Shown here: positions 10,928 to 21,500 of the stretch, one piece after another
Layout of the letters: each line of letters starts with the position of its first letter
Numbering within the stretch: position 1 is the first letter of the stretch
Source of the DNA: an uncultured Bacteroidales bacterium
GTDB taxonomy: Bacteria > Bacteroidota > Bacteroidia > Bacteroidales > UBA4417
Length of the DNA: 64,000 bases
Reading direction: 5' to 3'
Assembly (NCBI GenBank): GCA_963714825.1
Contig: CAVQQF010000009.1
Span: forward strand, 81,788-145,787
Program-made: the position numbers and the translations under genes
The notes under the pieces: generated by a model
The model's database searches: none
The model's input: the letters and a program-made list of their open reading frames with translations, nothing else
What the model was told of the DNA's origin: nothing

Positions 10928-12151
10928 TTACCATTGCTGAAGAAGGAAATCCCTGATTTGAAGGTGCTGAATGCCTTTATAATCGGCAGATCCGATTTCA
11001 TCATATGTAATCAGATATTTAGGGAAATTGTCTTTAATATTAATAAGATTCCCGTATTCACGTGCTATGGTTTCCTTGTTTGTTAATTGCATGGCAACCT
11101 GGAAATAGAGGGTCTTATCCAGTTTCTGCGCTACGAAATCAATTTCGGCTGCACCTGATTTCCCAACGTATACCTGGTAATCGTGAGCTCTCAGATGATG
11201 GAACACCAAATTTTCAAGCACCTTACCCAGGTCCTTACGATTGTAGGGAGTATAAATATTTCTGATCCCAATATCTTCAAAATAATACTTTTCACCCACT
11301 TCAAATATTTTTCTTCCACTTATTTCGAACCTCCTTACTTTCTGCACCAGGAACGAACTATCAATAAAGCTCAGGTAATCAATAACAGTTTGGACATTCA
11401 CATTGATCTGTTGTGATTTTAAATAATCGCTTATTCGTTTGGCTGAAAGCAGGCTGCCGGTATTATCAGCCAGAAAAAACAATAGGTTCTTAAGAAATGT
11501 AACATTGCGCACATTATAACGCTGAACAATATCACGCAGCAGAATGGTATCTTTAACACTGGAGATAAACTGTTTGATCACATGGTCATTATCGGGAAAC
11601 TGTGCTATTGCAGGCAATCCACCCCAGTTTATATATTTATCCAGGGCAGCAGAGGTGTTTTCGAGGTGATGAAACTCCATAAATTCGGGATAAGTAAGGC
11701 TATGTACGTGAATCTCGATATAACGACCACTCAGGTATGTTGCCAACTCGCCCGACATAAGTTGAGAGTTGCTTCCGGTGCAATAAATATCGTAATTACC
11801 TTCAGCAAAAAGGCTTCGTATTGCTTTTTCAAAATGCAGGATCTCCTGTATTTCATCAATAAATAAATATATGCGCTTTCCTGTAGGACTTTCTTTTTTA
11901 ATGAAATCATATAATAATTCATCATCCTTCAAATGGCTGAACTCCCTCAATTCCATATTGATATATATAATTTGTGCTTCCGGATTTCTTTTCCGGATAG
12001 CAGTCATAAGCTGAAAAAGCAGATAGCTCTTGCCAACGCGCCTTTGCCCGGTAAGCACTTTAATAACCGGTGTATCAATGTAGGGCTCCGTTTTTTCAAT
12101 ATACAAGAGCCGTGGTATGAAATTCACAAATTGCAGTGGCAAATCTTTCAT
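10928..12151 (-). CDS. AAA_14 family ATPase with C-terminal DUF4143 (PD-(D/E)XK-like) domain
   Basis: Walker A GQRRVGKS, Walker B FIDEIQ, TGSNS, GGLP, KYYFEDIGIRN, EIDFV...YFQV. Confidence 0.88.
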   Translation of the reverse strand: MKDLPLQFVNFIPRLLYIEKTEPYIDTPVIKVLTGQRRVGKSYLLFQLMTAIRKRNPEAQIIYINMELREFSHLKDDELLYDFIKKESPTGKRIYLFIDEIQEILHFEKAIRSLFAEGNYDIYCTGSNSQLMSGELATYLSGRYIEIHVHSLTYPEFMEFHHLENTSAALDKYINWGGLPAIAQFPDNDHVIKQFISSVKDTILLRDIVQRYNVRNVTFLKNLLFFLADNTGSLLSAKRISDYLKSQQINVNVQTVIDYLSFIDSSFLVQKVRRFEISGRKIFEVGEKYYFEDIGIRNIYTPYNRKDLGKVLENLVFHHLRAHDYQVYVGKSGAAEIDFVAQKLDKTLYFQVAMQLTNKETIAREYGNLINIKDNFPKYLITYDEIGSADYKGIQHLQIRDFLLQQW

Positions 12152-12166
12152 GATCGAAAATTTGTG

Positions 12167-12208
12167 CAAATTTAAGTTTATTTCTGTTATAATAGAATAT
12201 TATTCTAT
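12167..12208 (-). promoter_or_regulatory. Bacteroidota -7 promoter box plus palindromic candidate operator
   Basis: TAAATTTG on minus strand (12167-12174); ATAGAATA-T-TATTCTAT (12192-12208) lies over the expected -33 region. Confidence 0.55.
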
Positions 12209-12297
12209 ATTTAATTATATTTACATTACGATTGAAACGAGTGTTATTCTTTGAATTGTTGGACTTATGGTCTCCTTCTTTAACAGAAAAAGCAATT

Positions 12298-13500
12298 TCA
12301 ACTAGTCCATTTCTGCTTGCTCACAGCCAGCCAGGCCATTAACCCCATGCCAGTCTCCAGGCTGCGCTCATCGGCATCAAACTCAGGGGTATGAAGGTTT
12401 CTAATGTTTTCCCATTCAGGATTTTTCACACCCAAACGGTAAAAACAAGCGGGAATAATATGCGAATAATAAGCAAAATCTTCGGCTGTCATGCGTTGTT
12501 CGAGATCCACTACATTTTCGGGACCCAGGTACTGCTGTGCCAAAGCTTTTGCTTCAGATGTTGCCAGGTCGTCATTTACCAGGAATGGATATCCTTTATC
12601 GATAAACACATTGCAGGTACCACCCATGCTTTCGGCTATTCCTTTGGCAATGGAGGTAATTTTTTCGTGGGCAGCGGCGCGCCAGGTTTCGTCGAATGTG
12701 CGGAAAGTACCGTCGATTTTAACTTCCGACGGAATGATATTGGTGCGTCCATCCGCAATAACTCGGCCAAAGGAGAGAACCGTAGGAACTCCCGGAGGCG
12801 CCGAACGGCTTACCACCTGTTGCAGCGAAACAATAATGTGCGAAGCAATTACTATCGGGTCAATATTGAGTTCGGGAGTAGCGGCATGGCCCCCTTTGCC
12901 TTTAACGGTTAAATAAACCTCGTCAGTTGATGCCATATAACGTCCCGGCTTAAATCCTACTTTTCCGACTTCGAGTGTAGGCAGCACGTGCTGACCGTAA
13001 ATTCGCCCAGGAACCGGGTTTTTGAGCACTCCATCTTTTATCATAGCCAGGGCTCCGCCTGGAAACTTTTCTTCCGAAGGTTGAAAAATCAAGCGCAGCG
13101 TGCCTTCAAATTCGTTTCGTAACTCATTCAGAATTCTTGACGCTCCCAGCAACGAAGCCATATGCACATCGTGACCGCAGGCATGCATCACACCGGGATT
13201 CAGCGATTTATACTCACATTCATTCAGCTCATTAATTGGCAAAGCATCCATATCGGCACGAAGCGCCAGGGTGGTAGTCTGTGGTTGTTGACCTTCTATT
13301 TTAGCCACAATGCCATTCCCTCCTATATTCCGGGTATATTGAATTCCATAAGCATCGAGAGTATTGCAGATATAATCAGCCGTTTTGAATTCCTTTTCCG
13401 ACAATTCGGGATTGGCGTGTAAATGCCTGCGAATCTGAACAATATCCGGTGCGTATTGGGCAGAAAGTGTTTTTATTTTTTCGATAAGTGGATTGGTCAT
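12298..13500 (-). CDS. M20D family amidohydrolase
   Basis: RRHLHANPELS..E, LRADMDALP, MHACGHD, FQPSEE, GKGGHAA, AEDFAYY, LHTPEF. Confidence 0.92.
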   Translation of the reverse strand: MTNPLIEKIKTLSAQYAPDIVQIRRHLHANPELSEKEFKTADYICNTLDAYGIQYTRNIGGNGIVAKIEGQQPQTTTLALRADMDALPINELNECEYKSLNPGVMHACGHDVHMASLLGASRILNELRNEFEGTLRLIFQPSEEKFPGGALAMIKDGVLKNPVPGRIYGQHVLPTLEVGKVGFKPGRYMASTDEVYLTVKGKGGHAATPELNIDPIVIASHIIVSLQQVVSRSAPPGVPTVLSFGRVIADGRTNIIPSEVKIDGTFRTFDETWRAAAHEKITSIAKGIAESMGGTCNVFIDKGYPFLVNDDLATSEAKALAQQYLGPENVVDLEQRMTAEDFAYYSHIIPACFYRLGVKNPEWENIRNLHTPEFDADERSLETGMGLMAWLAVSKQKWTS

Positions 13501-13527
13501 AATGTGAAAAGTTAGCATTTAGTACCT

Positions 13528-13739
13528 GTTCCGTGTGCCGGGTTCCGTGTGCCGGGTTCCGTGTGCCGGGTTCCGGAGCGTAGCATTGGGAAGTGGGACG
13601 AGGGATAAAAAAGAGCCTTGTAGTATATGAAACCGTAGGTTTGTTTTAATTATTCAAGAGTTCAAGTAGCATTGTTTAATTTGTTTTGGGTTGAGTTATG
13701 CTTGTCGAACACCGGCACATGGAACATGGCACCCGGAAC
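13528..13739. repeat. Inverted pair of heptamer arrays around a 135-bp spacer
   Basis: (gttccgt gtgccgg)x3 gttccgg at 13528-13576; ccggcac atggaac atggcac ccggaac at 13712-13739, which are reverse-complement units. Confidence 0.85.
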
Positions 13740-13746
13740 TTTTTTC

Positions 13747-15567
13747 TCATGCAAACGACTGCATATCGCAAAGTTTCTTGTAAATCCCTTCTACTGCAAT
13801 TAATTCCTGGTGGTTTCCGCGTTGTACAATCTGGCCGGCATTTAGTACAATAATTTCATCGGCATGCTGAATGGTCGACAACCGGTGCGCTATAACCAGC
13901 GAGGTGCGGTTTTCCATTAGTTTAACCAAAGCGTCCTGAACCAGCCGTTCGCTTTCGGTATCCAGTGCTGATGTTGCTTCATCGAGAATGAGAACAGGAG
14001 GATTTTTTAGCACTGCCCTTGCAATGCTGATGCGCTGACGTTGACCACCCGAAAGTTTCAGCCCGCGGTCGCCTATATTCGTATCGTAACCTTTATCCAG
14101 TTTCTCAATAAATTCGTGAGCATTAGCCACTTTTGCAGCCGAGACAACTTTTTCCATGGTAACATTCTTCATCCCAAATGAAATGTTATCATAAACTGAT
14201 CCGTTGAAAAGTATTGTTTCCTGGTTTACTATTCCCATCAATCCACGTACATCGGCAATGGCCATATCCCTGACATCATTGCCATCAATCAGTAATTGCC
14301 CGCCTGTGATATCATAAAAACGTGGCAACAGGTCAACCATGGTTGATTTACCTCCGCCTGATGGCCCAACCAGCGCGATAGTTTTGCCTTTCGGCACAAC
14401 AAGATTGATACTGGTTAATACTGGCTCGGTATTATATTTAAACGATACATTCCGATATTCGATGCTATGTTCCAGGTCGCCCAGATGGATAGGATCAGGT
14501 TTTTCAACAATAACTTCTTCGGCCTGAAGTATATAATCAATACGATCGAGTGATGAAGCCCCTTTCTGAATATAGGCTGCTGCCTGCGAAATATCTTTTG
14601 CCGGTGGTAGTATCTGTGAAAAAACGCCAAGGTAAACGATAAAAAGTGTGGCATCAAGTGAATTGTCATGAGCAAGAATTAGACCTCCGCCATACCATAA
14701 AATAATTGCCGTAACCATAATTCCCAAAAATTCACTCAGGGGCGAAGCCAGGTCGCGTTTCCGGATCATCCGGGTTGCAACACGGGCATAATCATTGTTG
14801 GTTTTAACAAAGTTATTATAACTGAAGTCAATGGCATTAAATGCTTTTATGATCCTGAGGCCCGAGATGGTTTCTTCAATAAGCGAAACCATCCCGCCCA
14901 TTTTTGATTGCACTTTATCGGAGGTTCTGCGGAGTGAACGGCCAATCCTGCCAATTATAAACCCGGATATAGGTAAAACAATTAAAACAAAAACCGTAAG
15001 TTGAGGGCTTAAAATGAAAAGAAATATGAGGTAAGCAAGCAGCGTAACCGGCTGACGGAAAATGATCTCTATCATTTGAAGTATCGACCATTCCACTTCC
15101 TGCACATCGCCCGTAATGCGCGAAATAATATCACCTTTCCGCTGCTCGTTAAAATACGACAATGGCAGAATTAAAGCCTTGTAATATATCGCGTTACGCA
15201 GATCTTTCACAACACCGTTGCGCAAAACCGCTATAAAAAACATAGCAAGGTACCGGAAAAGGTTCTTTAAAAAATACAACCCAATAAGTAGTGCACAGAT
15301 ATAACCCAGCACCTGAAGCGGGCCATACTGTGTAATAAGACTGCTAACGTAGAAATTCAAGTTCTGCATAATGGAATCTTGAGTTAACGCCAGCGGTGGA
15401 GCCGAAGTAGCCGGTTTCGACATTTTAAAAAGTATCTGCAGTATGGGTATCAGTGCCGCAAATGAAACAATCGAAAAAAGGATAACAATAATATTGCAGA
15501 TTATATTGATTACGGCATAACCCCAATAAGGTTTAGCATAAAGCATTAGTTTTAAGAATTTTCTCAC
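13747..15567 (-). CDS. MsbA-like ABC exporter (fused TMD-NBD)
   Basis: N-terminal TM domain; GPSGGGKST, LSGGQRQR, ILDEATSALD, IAHRLST; GTG start. Confidence 0.92.
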   Translation of the reverse strand: MRKFLKLMLYAKPYWGYAVINIICNIIVILFSIVSFAALIPILQILFKMSKPATSAPPLALTQDSIMQNLNFYVSSLITQYGPLQVLGYICALLIGLYFLKNLFRYLAMFFIAVLRNGVVKDLRNAIYYKALILPLSYFNEQRKGDIISRITGDVQEVEWSILQMIEIIFRQPVTLLAYLIFLFILSPQLTVFVLIVLPISGFIIGRIGRSLRRTSDKVQSKMGGMVSLIEETISGLRIIKAFNAIDFSYNNFVKTNNDYARVATRMIRKRDLASPLSEFLGIMVTAIILWYGGGLILAHDNSLDATLFIVYLGVFSQILPPAKDISQAAAYIQKGASSLDRIDYILQAEEVIVEKPDPIHLGDLEHSIEYRNVSFKYNTEPVLTSINLVVPKGKTIALVGPSGGGKSTMVDLLPRFYDITGGQLLIDGNDVRDMAIADVRGLMGIVNQETILFNGSVYDNISFGMKNVTMEKVVSAAKVANAHEFIEKLDKGYDTNIGDRGLKLSGGQRQRISIARAVLKNPPVLILDEATSALDTESERLVQDALVKLMENRTSLVIAHRLSTIQHADEIIVLNAGQIVQRGNHQELIAVEGIYKKLCDMQSFA

Positions 15568-15614
15568 AAATCAGTTTTTAAAAGAGATAAGCCGTTTATT
15601 ATTTGATTAATTCG

Positions 15615-15622
15615 CAAAATTA
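15615..15622 (-). promoter_or_regulatory. Bacteroidota -7 box for the ABC exporter operon
   Basis: TAATTTTG (TAnnTTTG) on minus strand about 50 bp upstream of the start. Confidence 0.55.
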
Positions 15623-15698
15623 ACATTAAATGAGTTTAATCAGCAATATTTCGGATCAAAGCTTATAAGGCTAAACTATGTATTATTTATAAAATCAG

Positions 15699-15706
15699 TA
15701 CCTTTG
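15699..15706 (+). promoter_or_regulatory. Bacteroidota -7 box directly before rbfA (possibly leaderless mRNA)
   Basis: TACCTTTG-ccgc-ATG. Confidence 0.6.
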
Positions 15707-15710
15707 CCGC

Positions 15711-16049
15711 ATGGATACAACACGCCAACATAAAATAGCCCGACTTTTACAAAAGGACCTGGGAGAAATTTTCCAGCTGATGGGCCGTGATAATTTTCCG
15801 GGCAATATGATCACCGTTACTAAGGTGCATATTTCGCCCGATCTTTTCCTTGCAAAAATGTACCTCAGTCTTTTCGGGAAAACCGATAAACAGGAACTTC
15901 TTGCAACGATAAAGGATCATAAAAGCGAAATAAGGTTTAAACTTGGCAACCGGATTCACAACCAGGTTCGCTCCATCCCGGAATTCGATTTTTTTATTGA
16001 TGACTCGCTCGATTATATTGAGAATATTGATAATCTTTTGAAAGGTTAG
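15711..16049 (+). CDS. rbfA: 30S ribosome-binding factor A
   Basis: MDTTRQHKIARLLQKDL, ITVTKVHISPDL..AK.YLS, VRSIPEFDFFIDDSLDY. Confidence 0.95.
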   Translation: MDTTRQHKIARLLQKDLGEIFQLMGRDNFPGNMITVTKVHISPDLFLAKMYLSLFGKTDKQELLATIKDHKSEIRFKLGNRIHNQVRSIPEFDFFIDDSLDYIENIDNLLKG

Positions 16050-16066
16050 AATCAGGTCGAAGTCAT

Positions 16067-16086
16067 ATCCCGATAGCTATCGGGAC
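16067..16086 (+). repeat. 20-bp palindromic element ATCCCGATAGCTATCGGGAC, copy 1
   Basis: Perfect 18-bp palindrome; an exact reverse-complement copy lies at 53339-53358. Confidence 0.85.
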
Positions 16087-16143
16087 GGAAGTACACAAAG
16101 TCGGAAGTATATACAATCTGCAGAATGTAATTCCAATTGATAT

Positions 16144-16164
16144 CCTTCGCCCTTCGCCCTTCAC
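16144..16164. repeat. Heptamer array (CCTTCGC)x3
   Basis: ccttcgc ccttcgc ccttcac. Confidence 0.65.
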
Positions 16165-16209
16165 GCCCACTCATAATGATAAATTTACTCTAATTATCCT
16201 GAAATAAAC

Positions 16210-17016
16210 ATGCAATACGATCCCATCAAACGTTCGCTCGGCAGCGTTTTCAACAGCACCCCTTTTTTACGGAAAGTATTCTACCGCTTGCTCGACCTGC
16301 TTTTGCTGCGCTCGTGGCATGTAAGGCGGGAAGTTAAAAAATGGGCCTCCACCGCACCAAAAGATGCAAGCATACTGGATGCCGGCATGGGTTTCGGACA
16401 ATACGACTTTTATATGTCGTCGAAAAATCCGGGATGGAAAATCCGTGGCGTGGATGTAAAAGAAGAGCAGATAGCCGATTGCACCGCTTTTTTCAGTCGC
16501 ATTGGTCGAAAAAATGTAACCTTTGGCTATGCCGATCTTACCGCTTTTACTGATGCTTCGGCATACAACTTGATCCTTTCGGTGGATGTAATGGAACATA
16601 TACTTGAGGACGTACAGGTATTCCGCAACTTTCATGCTTCACTGCAGCCCGGTGGCATGGTTTTAATTTCAACACCTTCGGACCAGGGTGGAAGCGATGT
16701 GCACGATCACGACGAGGAATCGTTTATCGAAGAGCATGTCCGCGATGGGTATAACATTAACGAGATACAGGAAAAGCTTAAACTGGCCGGTTTCAGCCGC
16801 ACCGAAGCACGCTACCAGTATGGCAAACCCGGGCAGATCAGTTGGCGCCTTTCGATGAAATATCCCATTCTTGCACTGGGCAAAACCAAGCTTTTCTTTG
16901 TCGTGCTGCCTTTCTATTACCTGCTTACCTTCCCGGTTTGCCTGGTATTAAATTATTTTGATGCTACCATTACACACAAAACCGGTACCGGCCTGGTGGT
17001 AAAAGCCTGGAAGTAA
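16210..17016 (+). CDS. Class I SAM-dependent methyltransferase
   Basis: ILDAGMGFGQ motif I, SVDVMEHI, LQPGG.VLISTP. Confidence 0.88.
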   Translation: MQYDPIKRSLGSVFNSTPFLRKVFYRLLDLLLLRSWHVRREVKKWASTAPKDASILDAGMGFGQYDFYMSSKNPGWKIRGVDVKEEQIADCTAFFSRIGRKNVTFGYADLTAFTDASAYNLILSVDVMEHILEDVQVFRNFHASLQPGGMVLISTPSDQGGSDVHDHDEESFIEEHVRDGYNINEIQEKLKLAGFSRTEARYQYGKPGQISWRLSMKYPILALGKTKLFFVVLPFYYLLTFPVCLVLNYFDATITHKTGTGLVVKAWK

Positions 17017-17021
17017 TTAAT

Positions 17022-17055
17022 CTCACCCCAACCCCACTCCTGAAAAAGGAGAGGG
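17022..17055 (+). repeat. REP-like hairpin (CTCACCCCAACCC-CTCC...GGAGAGGG type)
   Basis: ctcaccccaaccccactcctgaaaaaggagaggg just after the methyltransferase stop; single copy in the window. Confidence 0.45.
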
Positions 17056-17156
17056 TCTAAAGATTTACAATAATTATCAAACTTTTTTATCAGTCTATAC
17101 CTCAATCAGATAAACTCGGGGCAATTAATGCTAACTTAAACTAAACAGATACGCTT

Positions 17157-18380
17157 TTGAATCTCCCGTTTTTCATAGCACGCCGATACCTGATTTCGAA
17201 GAAATCGCATAATATCATCAACCTGATATCAGGCATTTCGATGATAGGGGTTGCGGTTGGAACGGCCGCACTGATTATTGTGCTGAGCGTTTTTAACGGA
17301 TTCGAGTCGGTGGTAAAATCGCTGTTTTCGGTTTTCGATCCCGATATCGAAATTTCAGTACTACAGGGAAAAACATTTCACAGCCACGACATTGATGCTG
17401 ATAAAATCCGATCGCTGCCGGGCGTAATAAGCTATACCGAGGTTGTGGAGGAAAACGCTTTGCTTCATTACAAAAAGCAGCAATACCTGGCTACTATCAA
17501 GGGCGTAGACTCAGGTTTTCAGCACAAAAGCCCAATCGACAGCCTGCTGGTGACAGGCGAAATGATGCTTCAAAATGACAGTCTTGATTTCGCAATTCCC
17601 GGATATGGAATCGCGTATTTCCTGAACCTGGATATGAATGCGCCGGATAATTATATTTCGGTTTACATTCCCAAACGGAAAGGAAATATATCGGGATTAC
17701 CGCAGGAATCCTTCACGAGCGAACTCATCAGACCTACAGGTATTTTTTCGATACAGCAGGATTTCGACGATAAGTATATGCTTGTTCCCCTTCGTTTTGC
17801 GCGCCGTTTACTCGATTATACCGACGAAGTTACCGGTATCGAAATAAGGCTGGGCAAAGGCGCAAATACCGATAAGTTACAGGAACAGATTTCGGCTATT
17901 GCAGGCCCGGGATTTAAGATCCAAAACCGTTTTCAACAACAGGAAATGCTCTATAAAATCATGAAATCCGAGAAATGGGCAGTTTTCCTTATTCTTACAT
18001 TTATACTTATTGTTGCATCGTTCAATGTAATAGGTTCGCTTACCATGCTTATCCTCGACAAGCAAAAAGATATCAGCATCCTTCGCAGCCTGGGAGCGCG
18101 GGATGTAAGCATCAGGCAGATTTTCTTCCTCGAAGGTCTCCTGATTACTCTTACCGGAGCCTTCGCCGGGCTTATCCTTGGCTTAAGCGTTTGTATCCTT
18201 CAGCAGGAGTTCGGAATAATAAAGTTACAGGGAGGCGGATCCTTTATTATGAGTGCATATCCTGTTAAAATGATTGCCACTGACTTTATTTATGTTTTTA
18301 TAACCATAGGCTTAATAGGCACGATAGCAGCCTGGATACCGGTTAACCGCATAGCCGCCAAACTTCGCAAACCGGTTTAA
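17157..18380 (+). CDS. LolE/FtsX-like ABC permease (lipoprotein-release type)
   Basis: FIARRYL, LSVFNGF, DKQKDISILRSLGA...IFFLEG; TM layout typical of LolC/E. Confidence 0.88.
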   Translation: MNLPFFIARRYLISKKSHNIINLISGISMIGVAVGTAALIIVLSVFNGFESVVKSLFSVFDPDIEISVLQGKTFHSHDIDADKIRSLPGVISYTEVVEENALLHYKKQQYLATIKGVDSGFQHKSPIDSLLVTGEMMLQNDSLDFAIPGYGIAYFLNLDMNAPDNYISVYIPKRKGNISGLPQESFTSELIRPTGIFSIQQDFDDKYMLVPLRFARRLLDYTDEVTGIEIRLGKGANTDKLQEQISAIAGPGFKIQNRFQQQEMLYKIMKSEKWAVFLILTFILIVASFNVIGSLTMLILDKQKDISILRSLGARDVSIRQIFFLEGLLITLTGAFAGLILGLSVCILQQEFGIIKLQGGGSFIMSAYPVKMIATDFIYVFITIGLIGTIAAWIPVNRIAAKLRKPV

Positions 18381-18551
18381 CTCGCCTGGGAACCGATTAC
18401 TTTTAAACAATATTAGGTTGCTGGTCAGCGCATTACACACTGATCACATTCCGTTTTACAGCAGATGCCTAGTCATTTCATCTTAATGAAAAAAATCTCT
18501 TAGTTTCCCCTTATTATAGATATTTTTTTGCATATGGTTTAAATAAAAATA

Positions 18552-18559
18552 TAACTTTG
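18552..18559 (+). promoter_or_regulatory. Bacteroidota -7 box for the gingipain operon
   Basis: TAACTTTG about 40 bp upstream of ATG 18598. Confidence 0.55.
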
Positions 18560-18597
18560 CTTTTGGAAAACAAAAACCCACTTAATCAAATCTCCGG

Positions 18598-21500
18598 ATG
18601 TTTATTTCTTTACAAAAAAAATTAACCTCAGCCGTGGTGGCAATATTACTGATCACAGGGCTACATGTTATTGCAGGCAACCAAATCACACTTATCCCTT
18701 CGGGGACTACCGCTACCAATGTAATCGAGAATACATTTTACCGCTTACAGGTATCAAATACCATAAGCAGCTTCAACACTTTATGGCTTAACACCGAAAA
18801 AGGCGAGTTTGTTGAATTACTCGCTCCATCCTATTCGAAAAGCAATGCGATTGGCGCACCACAACTTCCTGTTTTAAGCAAACTGATTGAAATTCCGGCC
18901 GGGGCAACTCCTGAAATTAAAATTATCAGTTACGATGTAAAAGAGTACAAACTTTCGGATTTCGGAATTACTCAGAAATTATTCCCTGCACAGCCACCCC
19001 AGGCTAAAAGCAGCACAAAAAAAGAGCCTTTTGCCTTCGACCAGCAACTTTACGAAACCAACAGCTTTTACGGCGAAACACTGGCAAGAGTCGAAATAGC
19101 GGGCATGCTGCGCAGTGTTCAGTTGGCCAACCTTGTTATTTCGCCGGTTGAATACAACCCGGTAACCAATACCATCAGGGTTTATAACAACCTGGTGGTT
19201 GAGGTGAATTTCAACGGAGCCGATAAAGCAAAAACAGATGAGATTAAAGCCAAAACAAGATCTGCCTATTTTAACAGTGTTTTCGGCAGCGTGTTAAATT
19301 ACAGGGCAGGTGATGCTCCACTCGATACTATCTCGAATGTTCCGGTGAAGTATGTAATTGTTTCGGACCCCATGTTTCAAAGCACACTACAGCCTTTTAT
19401 CAAATGGAAAACAAAACGTGGTTTCAAGGTTATCGAAGCATACACCAACAATCCGGATGTAGGTACAACCAACAATTCGATAAAAGCTTACCTTCAGAAT
19501 CTCTATACTACAGCAACCACAGCCGATCCGGCGCCTACCTTTGTATTGTTTGTAGGTGATGTGGCACAGGTGCCCGCTTTCAACTGCGGTGCTCATGTAA
19601 GCGATCTTTACTATTGCGAATACACAGGCGATTACCTGCCTGAAGTTTATTACGGACGATTTTCGGCTAATAATGTAGCTGAATTGCTTCCACAGATAAA
19701 TAAAACCCTGCAATATGAGCAGTACCTGATGCCCGATCCTTCGTACCTTAATGAAGTGGTTATGATAGCTGGCGCTGATGCTACCTACCAGGCAGTATGG
19801 GGAAACGGGCAAATAAATTACGGTACTACATATTATTTCAATGCAGCTCATAACCTGCTTTCGCATACATATCTTCAACCTGAACCAAGCGGGGCCAACT
19901 ACTCGCAAAGTATAAAAAACAATGTAAGCAACGGTGTTTCCTATGCCAATTATACCGCACACGGCAGCGCAAATGGATGGGCCGACCCTTCATTTTCCAT
20001 TTCAGATATTGCCAGTCTCACAAATGCCGATAAATACTGCCTGATGGTTGGCAACTGTTGCCAGACCAATACTTATAACCAGAACACCTTTGGCGAGGCA
20101 TTGCTGAGGGCCGAGAACAAAGGCGCTTTAGGATACATTGGCGCATCGGATTACAGTTACTGGGACGAAGATTACTGGTGGGGAGTCGGTAATGGGCAAA
20201 TTGTGGCAAATCAAACCTATGAAGCCTCCGGCCTGGGAGCATACGACCGCACCTTTCACGATCATGGTGAGCCTGTTACGGATTGGTACAGCACCATGGA
20301 TCAAATGATATTTGCAGGAAACCTTGCCGTGCAGGAATCCAATTCGAGTATGAAACAATATTACTGGGAAATTTATTGCCTGATGGGCGACCCTTCGACT
20401 ATGGTATATTTCTCGGTGCCTCCTGCCTTAACTGTTGACTACAACCCCATACTTCCGTTGGGATCGCCAACTTTTGAAATACAAACCGAGCCTTACGCTT
20501 ATGTAGCCATCAGCAAAAACAATGTATTGCATGGTGTGGCCGAAGCCAATGTAAACGGACTGGCTACCTTAAACCTGCAACCTTTCGCGGAACCGGGTTT
20601 TGCCCACGTTGTAATCACGAAACAAAACAGGGAACCCTATATCGACAGTGTGATGGTAGCTTCTCCCGAAGGACCTTACCTGGTACTCGATAATTACATG
20701 GTATATGATATGGGCGGCAATAACAACCAGGTACCTGAATTCGGCGAACCATTAAGCGTTGATTTAGCATTCGACAATTACGGCAATGCTGATGCGGTGA
20801 ATGCCATTTCGACACTCAGCACCAACGATCCTTATGTTACCATACCTTTAAATACACATACCTGGCCACTGATCGCCAGCAACGGGTCGGCATCGGTTTC
20901 AAACGCTTTTACCATACAGGTAAACGATTATATACCCGATATGCATAATACGTATTTTACTATCACAACCCAGGCTGATACCAGCACTTTTACATCCGGG
21001 TTTAATGTGATTGTGTATGCACCAAAACTGGTCAACGGGCTTGTAACCATCGACGATACCACTGCAGGAAACGGAAACGGACAGATTGATCCGGGCGAAA
21101 CAATTTATATTACCGTGCCAACCACCAATACAGGCCACTGCAATTCAGCAGATGTTATTGCCCAAATGTTTGTGTTCGGCAACTATATTACCTCCAATTC
21201 GCTGCCGCAAAACCTGGGAGCCCTGGCACCGGGCGAAACGGCAAATGCAACATTCAGTTTTACCGTTAATGCCAATGCAGTAAACGGCACTTCTTTTTCG
21301 CTATACCTTACGGCAACATCAGGACCTTATAACTCAATTTCGAATCTTACTCCTTTTATCGGACCACAGCTCGAAGATTTTGAAACCGGTAATTTCCTGA
21401 AATTCAACTGGCGTATGAAAGGTGCCAAACCATGGAAAATAAGCCAGACAACCATTTACGAAGGATTGAACGGAGCCGTTTCGGGTGCTATCAATAATTC

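Noticed and set aside
13528-13576. Short repeat arrays as a CRISPR array
   Set aside because: Units are 7 or 14 bp and directly tandem with no unique spacers; no cas genes in the window.
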